Virus record (IMG/VR): IMGVR_UViG_3300043633_000023
Coordinates: 1-41,827 of that record
Source of the DNA: a virus
Taxonomy: Duplodnaviria > Caudoviricetes
Length of the DNA stretch: 41,827 bases
Reading direction: 5' to 3' (one strand)
The position numbers and the translations under genes are program-made. Under the pieces are notes generated by a model. It had not been told where the DNA came from and searched no databases. It saw nothing but the letters and a program-made list of their open reading frames with translations. Positions within the stretch are counted from its first letter, which is position 1, and each line of letters starts with the position of its first letter. Shown in pieces: positions 35,042 to 41,827 of the stretch.

Positions 35042-35537
35042 CTACTGATCTCGCGGGGTGTCGGAATCCGACCCCCTGCTACGAGCTGGCGCCAGGCGCC
35101 GCTTGCCCATGCCGCCTAGCGCGCGGGGGCTACGATGATCTATCTGAAGAGGCCCGAATGCTTGCTGGTGTTCAACCAGCAACTCAGGGTGCCGCCGCAT
35201 TAGCTCTAGCAGCAACGGAGTGTCTACGAGCCGCAAGTCGCCTTTTAGCAGGAAATCGGTTCCGGTCCCCAGCTTCTCACCGGCGGACATTAAACTGAGC
35301 ACGCCGAGCATGCGCTCGCCCACCTCGACCTTGGAGATCGTGCTGGTATCAACCTGCATGACGCGGGCGAACTCGGTCTGGGATTCGTACATGATTTCGC
35401 GCGCCATCCGCATACGCCGCCCCGATGCGTCGGTAGGTTTCGAGCACTGCGGGGCTGAACATCGGCACGGCCACCTTCCGCTCGCGAAGCTGCGGGGGCG
35501 TTTCTTTCCGGCTGTCGTGTCTCGTGGATTTAGCCAT
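35042..35537 (-). pseudogene. CI-like XRE repressor, apparently frameshifted at 35420-35423
   Basis: The HTH SQTEFARVMQVDTSTISKVEVGER..TDFLLKG is in one frame. The natural N-terminus MAKST...YRRIG is in another; the frames switch at a G4 run. Confidence 0.6.
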
Positions 35538-35558
35538 GCTGTCGATATATCCGACAAT

Positions 35559-35671
35559 GTGGCGTCGTGCCAATAGCAAGTTAGTCAGTTTCCGTGGCGT
35601 GTGTATGTCGCGCGCATTTCCGGCGGATTACATTATGCCGGTTGACGCTTTGGCGTACTGCCATCTACTCT
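35559..35671 (+). promoter_or_regulatory. OR-like operators and PR promoter
   Basis: GTGGCGTCGTGCCAA 35559-73 and TTGGCGTACTGCCAT 35650-64, the latter within TTGACG-18-TACTCT. Confidence 0.7.
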
Positions 35672-35720
35672 GGGCAAGGCGCCGCGAACCGCTTACCGTG
35701 CGGCGACCCGAGGAGGGCGC

Positions 35721-35996
35721 ATGGGTAAGAACGGCGCCGCCATACCGCTGACGCATGCCATGGTGGTCGAAAAGCTCGGCGACAGGATCGTGATCGCGCG
35801 CGCCCTCGGCATGGATAAGCCGAACACGGTTGCGCACTGGAAGCGGAAAGGGCGTGGCATTCCGCCGCATTACTGGCCGGCGATCGAGCGGCTGGCGGCG
35901 GCGCAAGGGCTGCGGATCACCTGCGCGGACCTGGAGGCGTCATCGCCGATTCAATTTCTGCGCAGGAAGCTGGCATCGCCCAGGCGGGAAGCGTGA
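35721..35996 (+). CDS. Cro-like HTH regulator
   Basis: LG..VIARALG...NTVAHWKRKGRGIPPHYW; divergent from cI; AGGAGG RBS. Confidence 0.8.
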   Translation: MGKNGAAIPLTHAMVVEKLGDRIVIARALGMDKPNTVAHWKRKGRGIPPHYWPAIERLAAAQGLRITCADLEASSPIQFLRRKLASPRREA

Positions 35997-36040
35997 GCGC
36001 GTCGGGCCAACGCCAAGCGGTGGGGCAGCGGCCGGGGGCC

Positions 36041-36487
36041 ATGGCGTGGTCCGACGAGGACGACGAGCGGCTGGCGGCGCTGTGGGCCGAGGGGCTGTCC
36101 GGCGTGGCGATCGGCAAGGCCATGGGGCGCACCAAGAGCGCGTGCCTGGGGCGGGCGCATCGGCTGGAGCTGGAGGCGCGGGCCTCGCCGATCCCGGATG
36201 CGTCGCGGAGATCCGGGGCTGCCGGGCTGGTGAAGGCCAAGGCTGCGGCCCCGGAACCGGAGCGTGCGCCGGCGGGCCGTCCCCGGCAGCGGCTGTCGCT
36301 GTGGCTGGTGCCAACTGGCGTGGTTCGTGAGTGTCAGTGGCCACATGGCACGCCGGGGAAGCCGAGCTTCTACCTGTGCGGCGATCCGGCGTGGCCGGCG
36401 CGGCCATACTGTGAGCGGCATTGCCGCCGCGCGTTCCTGGGCTGGCGCGCGCATAGCCATGCCGACCCCCATGCGGTGGCGTCATGA
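36041..36487 (+). CDS. gcrA: GcrA family regulator
   Basis: WSDE..ERLAALWAEGLS...IG..MGRTKSACLGRAHRL; CQWPHG.P...F..CG......PYCERH; alternative GTG start at 35993. Confidence 0.9.
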   Translation: MAWSDEDDERLAALWAEGLSGVAIGKAMGRTKSACLGRAHRLELEARASPIPDASRRSGAAGLVKAKAAAPEPERAPAGRPRQRLSLWLVPTGVVRECQWPHGTPGKPSFYLCGDPAWPARPYCERHCRRAFLGWRAHSHADPHAVAS

Positions 36488-37482
36488 GCGGCGCTCGGTA
36501 CTATGTCTACATTCTGTTCCGTGAAGACGGCGTGCCGTTCTATGTCGGCAAGGGCAGCAATGGGCGGTGGCTGGAACATGAGTCCAAGGCCCGAAGGGGC
36601 CGGAAAGGCCATTTATCCAATCTTGTCCGTGGTATGCAAGCACGCGGCATCGAGGTGCCGAAGATCAAATTACATGAAGGGCTGCCGGAAGCGGCAGCGC
36701 ATGAATACGAAATAGCATTGATTGCCGCAATCGGGCGTCAGCCAGCCGGGCCGTTGCTTAATTTGTCGGGAGGCGGTGAGGGTGGCAGCGATCTAGCCCC
36801 AGAAACGCGTGCGAAGCTGTCGGCATTGTGGCGTGGGCGGAAGCATACTGATGAAACCCGCGCAAAAATGTCGGCCGCTCAACGCGGCAAGAAAGTTTCT
36901 GCGGAAACGCGGGCAAAACAGTCGGCGGCGAGACGTGGTATAAAACCTTCGGCGGAAGCTCGTGCGAAAATGTCAGCTGTTCGTCGTGGCAGGAAATTAT
37001 CTGCCGAAATACGCGCGAAAATGTTGGCCGCTCAAAACAATAGAACGCCTGATCATAAGGCAAAGCTAGCAGCAGCCGCGATAGCGCAGCGCGGTCGGAA
37101 AATCCCAGCCGACATTGTCGAGAAGGTTGCGGCATCTAATCGAGGGAAAAAACGATCCCCCGAAGTGTGCGCCAAGATAGCAGCTCGCGTTGTCACGCCG
37201 GAAACGCGTGCGAAATTGTCAGCGAGCCTGCGTGGCAAACCGAAGTCGCCGGAACACAGTGCCAAAATAGCGGCTGCTACTCGCGGCAGGATAGTTTCCG
37301 AAGAGACACGCGCGAAATTGTCAGCCTTTCATAGCAATAGAACACCGGAGCATATCGCGAAGATTGCTGCTGCGAAGCGTGGCAAGCCTCATTCGGCAGA
37401 GGCTCGTGCGAAAATGTCAGCTTCCCGTCTGGGCAAATCGCGCGGTCCATACAAAAGCCGGCGGCAGGAGGTGGCGCTGTGA
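36484..37482 (+). CDS. GIY-YIG endonuclease with about 13 NUMOD3-like repeats
   Basis: YYVYILFREDGVPFYVGKG..RWLEH, E..LI, LLNLSGGGEG; long ETRAKxS array. Confidence 0.9.
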   Translation: MSGARYYVYILFREDGVPFYVGKGSNGRWLEHESKARRGRKGHLSNLVRGMQARGIEVPKIKLHEGLPEAAAHEYEIALIAAIGRQPAGPLLNLSGGGEGGSDLAPETRAKLSALWRGRKHTDETRAKMSAAQRGKKVSAETRAKQSAARRGIKPSAEARAKMSAVRRGRKLSAEIRAKMLAAQNNRTPDHKAKLAAAAIAQRGRKIPADIVEKVAASNRGKKRSPEVCAKIAARVVTPETRAKLSASLRGKPKSPEHSAKIAAATRGRIVSEETRAKLSAFHSNRTPEHIAKIAAAKRGKPHSAEARAKMSASRLGKSRGPYKSRRQEVAL

Positions 37483-37943
37483 AGGACTGGGGCCGACGCC
37501 ACGGCGCGCGGCTGCCGCCGTGGATGGTGTTTGAGTTGACCGGCGAGGCCACGCGCTCCAAGCCGTTCAAGCTCACCGCTCCGGTGCCGTCCGAGGATAA
37601 TCTGCACGCGGCCGTCGCCCATGCGCTCGCGGTGCTGCTGCCCTCCGATGCGGTGCTCAACACCTGGGAGCTACGCAACGCGGCCAGCGCGGCTGAGGGC
37701 GCCCGGCGCAAGCGGCTGGGAGCGTTACCAGGTTGGCCCGACATGGGCGTGTTTTTCCGTGGCCGGGCGGTGCTGCTGGAGCTGAAGCGGCAGCGTGGCG
37801 GGTATTTATCGGACGCGCAGAAGGCGTTGCATCCGCGACTGGCAGCCGCCGGGTTCCCGGTTGCGGTCTGTCACACGGTGGTCGAGGCGCTGGATGCGGT
37901 GAGCGCGCATGGCGTGCCGCTGAGAGGTCGGGTGGCGGCATGA
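37479..37943 (+). CDS. VRR-NUC domain nuclease
   Basis: SEDNLH, GALPGWPD, LLELKRQRGGYLSDAQK. Confidence 0.85.
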   Translation: MKDWGRRHGARLPPWMVFELTGEATRSKPFKLTAPVPSEDNLHAAVAHALAVLLPSDAVLNTWELRNAASAAEGARRKRLGALPGWPDMGVFFRGRAVLLELKRQRGGYLSDAQKALHPRLAAAGFPVAVCHTVVEALDAVSAHGVPLRGRVAA

Positions 37944-38311
37944 GCGACACCATCAGCGATCGGATGCTGGCGTATATCAGGGACACCGATCACGTCTCGT
38001 TCGCGGAGCTGAGCCGCCGCTTCCCGGAATGCCGGGAGGGTGATTATGCCCTGACGCTGGGCGAAAACCTCATCCTGTGGGCCGGCCTGAGCCAGGAAGC
38101 GAGCAAGGCGCTAAACGCGCTTCTGGAAAATGGCGTCATTCACGCCAAGCCCTGCGCGATGCTGATCTACCTCATAGACGGGGCGATCCCGAAATATCCG
38201 GTTGCCAAGCGAAACGTCCCATACAAAAAGCCGCATTGGCTGCCGGTCACGCTGCGGCCTGGGCCTAATCCCAAGCGTGAGCGTGCCAAGGCGCGGAGGG
38301 CAGTCCAGTGA
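37940..38311 (+). CDS. Conserved hypothetical protein
   Basis: VSFAEL, NLILW, IYLIDG, KKPHWLPV; coupled overlaps. Confidence 0.65.
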   Translation: MSDTISDRMLAYIRDTDHVSFAELSRRFPECREGDYALTLGENLILWAGLSQEASKALNALLENGVIHAKPCAMLIYLIDGAIPKYPVAKRNVPYKKPHWLPVTLRPGPNPKRERAKARRAVQ

Positions 38312-38559
38312 CCCTCGCCCCGCTCTCGCAGCAGTGCCAGCGGATTATCGCGCTACAGGAGCAGATCTGCGAGGCGCTCGATGACGCCGAGTGCTCGTGG
38401 GCGGAAGCCGTGGGGTGCATGGGGTTCGCGCTGTCGGTGCTGCTGGATCAGCAGGACGATGAGCGGATGCGGGTGGCGATGGCGGCGGAGGTCGGCAAGC
38501 GGCTGCTGTCCGGCGCCTGGACGCGCGGCACATTCGGAGAACCGGAGCGCATGCAATGA
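38308..38559 (+). CDS. Hypothetical protein
   Basis: GTGA and ATGA overlaps. Confidence 0.55.
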   Translation: MTLAPLSQQCQRIIALQEQICEALDDAECSWAEAVGCMGFALSVLLDQQDDERMRVAMAAEVGKRLLSGAWTRGTFGEPERMQ

Positions 38560-38735
38560 CCGCAAAGCAGCAGCGCCAGTTGCAGCGGGCGATCGCCTCG
38601 GCGATCGAGCAATCGGGCTGTTCCACCTGGGAGGCGTTCGAGGTGCTGCGCGACATGAGCACGGTCATGCTGGGCCGGTATGGCGCGACGATGGTCCGGA
38701 TGACTGTGCATTTGCCAAAGGAGCTAGCGACATGA
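38556..38735 (+). CDS. Hypothetical protein (59 aa)
   Basis: MTAKQQRQLQRAIASAIEQSGCSTWEAFEVL...; ATGA overlaps; below the ORF-track cutoff. Confidence 0.5.
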   Translation: MTAKQQRQLQRAIASAIEQSGCSTWEAFEVLRDMSTVMLGRYGATMVRMTVHLPKELAT

Positions 38736-38923
38736 GCGTTGCTGCGGCGCTGACAACCGGCCAATATGAGCCGCTGAACGAGAACACCCCCCGCGTTGGA
38801 AGCGCGGAGGGTGCTGGAATGAACCGATCGGCTCTGGAGGCCAGTCGGGAGAACAACAGGATATCGCTATCCCGGTTCTCTCACAAAGCCGCCTGGGTCG
38901 TCAACAGGAGGCTTGTGCCATGA
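38732..38923 (+). CDS. Short ORF preceding the replication initiator
   Basis: ATGA coupling on both sides; contains a hairpin near 38785-38812. Confidence 0.35.
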   Translation: MSVAAALTTGQYEPLNENTPRVGSAEGAGMNRSALEASRENNRISLSRFSHKAAWVVNRRLVP

Positions 38924-39777
38924 GCGTCAACCCATGGATGAAGTTCTATCCGACCGACTGGCGCGGCGATGCTGCCTTGCGCTCGGTCTCCTTCGCGGCC
39001 CGCGGGCTGTGGATGGACATGTTATCGCTAATGCACGAGGCGGACCCCTACGGGCATCTGCTCGTGAACGGTCGCGCGCCACCCGCTGACAGGCTTGCCC
39101 GCATGCTTGGCGGCGCCCTTGAGGAAGTAACGCAACTTCTTGATGAGCTTGAGGAACAGGGCGTCTTCAGCCGCACCGGGGACGGCATTATCTACTCGCG
39201 CCGCATGGTCCGGGATTACGCCAAGGCAGCCCGTGACAAGGCCAACGGCAGCGCCGGAGGCAACCCCAATATCAAGCGGAATGGCCCCGTGGGGGTTAAC
39301 CCCCCCCTTAACCCACAGGTCAACCCAGGGGATAACGGGGGGGATAAAGCCCATATACCAGAAGCTAGAATCCAGAAACTAGAGTCAGAAAAGGAAGAAA
39401 GAACCCCCTATACGCCCCCCCGTGTTCCGCTGCCGCAACAGAAGCGGCCGCCCGCGGCAGCGGGCTGTGTGAGTGATCCACCGGGCTTCGCTGAGTTTTG
39501 GGCGAAGTATCCGAAGCGGGAAGCCAAGGGCGCCGCGATCAAAGCCTACGCCCGCGCCCTCACACTCACCGACGCCGATACCCTGCTCGACGCCCTCGAC
39601 CGGAATTGGCCCAGTCGGAAATATACCCCGCTACCCGCCACATGGCTCAACAACCAGCGATGGCTCGACGAAATCGAAACCGGCGACCCCGTCCTGGCCG
39701 CCGTCATGGCCGCCAATCGCAGCCCAACCTTTCCCGAGCCAGTCGCACCCACCTCGCCGCTGAGGCTCGTCCAATGA
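38920..39777 (+). CDS. Phage replication initiator (lambda O-like organisation)
   Basis: PWMKFYPTDW..AARGLW wHTH N-terminus; FAEFWAKYPKR..K...PATWLNNQRWLDE C-terminus. Confidence 0.85.
   Translation: MSVNPWMKFYPTDWRGDAALRSVSFAARGLWMDMLSLMHEADPYGHLLVNGRAPPADRLARMLGGALEEVTQLLDELEEQGVFSRTGDGIIYSRRMVRDYAKAARDKANGSAGGNPNIKRNGPVGVNPPLNPQVNPGDNGGDKAHIPEARIQKLESEKEERTPYTPPRVPLPQQKRPPAAAGCVSDPPGFAEFWAKYPKREAKGAAIKAYARALTLTDADTLLDALDRNWPSRKYTPLPATWLNNQRWLDEIETGDPVLAAVMAANRSPTFPEPVAPTSPLRLVQ
39291..39400. repeat. Putative replication origin iterons within the initiator gene
   Basis: Repeats GGTTAACCC, TTAACCC, GGTCAACCC, GGGGATAAC and GGGGATAAA, followed by a purine/A-rich tract. Confidence 0.65.
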
Positions 39778-40511
39778 GCCGCGAGCGGTTCATGGCCGCC
39801 CTCGCCAAGCTCGTCCAACCCGACAACGCCGAGGAAGCCGGACGCGCACTCGCCAACATGCTGCCCATGCTCACCGACATGCCCGAGCATGCCTTCGCCA
39901 GCCGCACATGCCTCAACGCCGTCGCCACCGCCAAGCGCCGCACCATCGTCCCGAGCTACGCCGATATCCGCAACGCCATCGGCGCCTGGCAACGCGAGCA
40001 ACCTAGCGCCCCAGCTATCGGCGAGGCCGCCGGCCTGGACGAGAATGGCCGCATGTGGCTCGCCTACTTCCGCCGCCGCGAGAACGAATACTTCCACACC
40101 CAGAACGGCAAGCCTTCGTCCCGCGAACTCTGCCTTAGCCTCGTCAAGCAGCAATCCCTCCCGGCATGGGAACGCATCACCGGCAACGAAGCCGAGCCAA
40201 TGCGACCGCGAACCGACGAGGAAAAGCGTGCCGTTCGGGAGATCGTCGCAGCCTACGATCGCGAAGTCGCCGCCCACCGCGACGTCCTCAAGGTCGAGGC
40301 GCCACGTTCGCACTCGCTTGGCGACCAAATCGCCGCCGCCCGCGCCGCAATCATGCCGACCATCGAGCACGAGCCGCTTGAAGCGGCCGAGGAACTGCCG
40401 GAACCGGAGCCCATCGACGCCGACGAGCCGCCGCCACCCGAGCCGGACGATGAGCCGTGGCTGGACGAGGACGACCTTGAGTTCGCGCCGCTGGAGGACG
40501 AGCACGCATGA
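39774..40511 (+). CDS. Hypothetical protein (helicase-loader position)
   Basis: Follows the initiator; PSYADI motif; acidic tail. Confidence 0.55.
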   Translation: MSRERFMAALAKLVQPDNAEEAGRALANMLPMLTDMPEHAFASRTCLNAVATAKRRTIVPSYADIRNAIGAWQREQPSAPAIGEAAGLDENGRMWLAYFRRRENEYFHTQNGKPSSRELCLSLVKQQSLPAWERITGNEAEPMRPRTDEEKRAVREIVAAYDREVAAHRDVLKVEAPRSHSLGDQIAAARAAIMPTIEHEPLEAAEELPEPEPIDADEPPPPEPDDEPWLDEDDLEFAPLEDEHA

Positions 40512-40696
40512 CCGATCGCACGCCAATGCTCACCAAGATCGGAACCGCCGGATACACCAGACAAAACCACGACGCCATGGCGCAACACGCCAACGACGCA
40601 CTGCGCGCCGGCAATTACGAACTCGCCGCAGCCTTCGCACAGGCCGCCGCCGCCTACGCCGTCGCACACGCTACCTACGGCAACGCCCCCGAATGA
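40508..40696 (+). CDS. Hypothetical protein
   Basis: Coupled overlaps. Confidence 0.5.
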   Translation: MTDRTPMLTKIGTAGYTRQNHDAMAQHANDALRAGNYELAAAFAQAAAAYAVAHATYGNAPE

Positions 40697-41283
40697 CCGC
40701 ACTCGCCCACCAAACGCTTGACCCTAAGCCATTGACGCGCATAAAAGCGCCGCAACCTGACGCCAACCACGCCGGGTGCGGTAGCTATTGGCTGGTCGCA
40801 CAAACCCACCCACAAGCCGAACGATGGGCCTCGTCACAGCTCACCGCCGCCGGCTATCACACATACCTGCCGCTTATCGTCGTCCAGCGCCGCGATCGGC
40901 ACACTCCGACAATGCTGCACCGCGTCGAGCGCCCGCTGTTCACCGGCTACGTCTTCGTGGCCGTTGGAACCGAGGACCGCTGGTCACCGATCCTGTCCTA
41001 TCGCGGCATTCGCCAGGTGCTCATGAGCGGCGCTACACCCCACCATCTCGATCCAGCCATCATGAGCGCCCTACAGGCCGGTGACGCCTTCCGCCGCCTC
41101 CCACTACCGGACGCACCGCTCCTGCGCCCTGGCGCCCCCGTCACGTGCCTGTACGGGCCATTCCAGGGACGAGAGGCCGTGGTGATTAGCGCGGCGACGA
41201 ATACCGCACGCATCGCACTCCCAATGCTCGGCGCCATGAGGGAACTCACCGTGCCAATCACCTGTCTCACAGCACGGGATTAG
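40693..41283 (+). CDS. NusG/RfaH-family antiterminator (late regulator)
   Basis: WLVAQTHPQAE, YLP, RPLFTGYVFV (NGN domain); GAPV...GPFQG (KOW domain). Confidence 0.88.
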   Translation: MTALAHQTLDPKPLTRIKAPQPDANHAGCGSYWLVAQTHPQAERWASSQLTAAGYHTYLPLIVVQRRDRHTPTMLHRVERPLFTGYVFVAVGTEDRWSPILSYRGIRQVLMSGATPHHLDPAIMSALQAGDAFRRLPLPDAPLLRPGAPVTCLYGPFQGREAVVISAATNTARIALPMLGAMRELTVPITCLTARD

Positions 41284-41304
41284 CTATGCACTGGGCGCAT
41301 ACCT

Positions 41305-41827
41305 ATGAGTGTTAGTTTTCCCACGAACTTCATCGCAAATGTCGCTGACCTCATTGCCTATAATCGCAATGCGAGGGAACATTCGCCCGCTCAAATCGCC
41401 CAAATTGCCTCCGCAATAGGACAATGGGGCTTCACCAATCCCGTCCTCGTGGACGAAACGAACACGCTCATCGCCGGCCATGGACGCCTGGCAGCCGCTA
41501 AATCCCTCAGCATGGCACAAATCCCAGCCCTCCGCATCGCCGACAACAAGCTGGCGCTCAACGCAACCTGGGACGAAGACCTGCTGCGCGGCGAACTGGC
41601 GGAACTGCGCGACATCGGGTTTGACCTGGCACTCACCGGCTTTGACGGCGGGGAACTCGACGCACTCTTTGCCGACCATACCGCCGGCCTCACCGACCCC
41701 GACGACGTCCCCGAGCCGCCCGCCGAGCCCGTCACCAAGCCCGGCGACATCTGGCTCATGGGACGCCACCGCCTGCTCTGCGGCGATGCCACCTCACAGC
41801 TCGACGTGTCGCTCGCACTCGCAGGCG
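41305..41827 (+). CDS. ParB-N/methyltransferase fusion, N-terminal part (runs off the window end)
   Basis: YNRNAREHS..QI...I..WGFTNPVLVD..LIAGHGRL..ADNKL...WD; GDIWLMGRHRLLCGDAT. Confidence 0.9.
   Translation, partial: MSVSFPTNFIANVADLIAYNRNAREHSPAQIAQIASAIGQWGFTNPVLVDETNTLIAGHGRLAAAKSLSMAQIPALRIADNKLALNATWDEDLLRGELAELRDIGFDLALTGFDGGELDALFADHTAGLTDPDDVPEPPAEPVTKPGDIWLMGRHRLLCGDATSQLDVSLALAG

Noticed and set aside
36800-37440. CRISPR-like or DGR-like repeats
   Set aside because: The repeats are degenerate, in-frame NUMOD3 coding units; no cas or reverse transcriptase gene is seen.
39296-39311. Possible CtrA box in the origin
   Set aside because: The spacer is 8 C (TTAA-N8-TTAA), not N7; iterons explain it better.
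1-41827. tRNA genes, integrase, DNA or RNA polymerase
   Set aside because: None was recognised by eye; absence needs tRNAscan and HMM confirmation.

Overview
The window is an essentially complete, circularly permuted, GC-rich podovirus genome of about 41.8 kb with P22-like virion modules. The host is probably an alphaproteobacterium, inferred from a GcrA homolog. Its two ends fall inside one ParB-N/adenine methyltransferase gene. The rightward late region runs terS, terL, accessory genes, portal, scaffold, coat, gp4-like adaptor, fibres, gp10-like hub, tailspike-like protein, hydroxylase, GNAT and ejection proteins. Leftward accessory and recombination genes follow, then a lambda-like cI/cro switch with TTGGC-N5-GCCAA operators, GcrA, VRR-NUC, a replication initiator with internal iterons and a NusG-like antiterminator. 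Main observations: (1) a sigma70 region-4 HTH fused to what looks like a degenerate mini-copy of the phage's own coat protein; (2) the coat gene is split by an 842-nt group I intron carrying an HNH ORF; (3) no integrase is recognisable, but an RHH-like gene sits among about 11 GGTCATMCC repeats; (4) a phage-encoded PEP-CTERM protein; (5) a gp10-like protein with a nested insertion of about 600 aa; (6) two pseudoknotted RNA candidates flanking the coat genes; (7) an apparently frameshifted repressor. All family calls come from motif recognition by eye; no searches were run.
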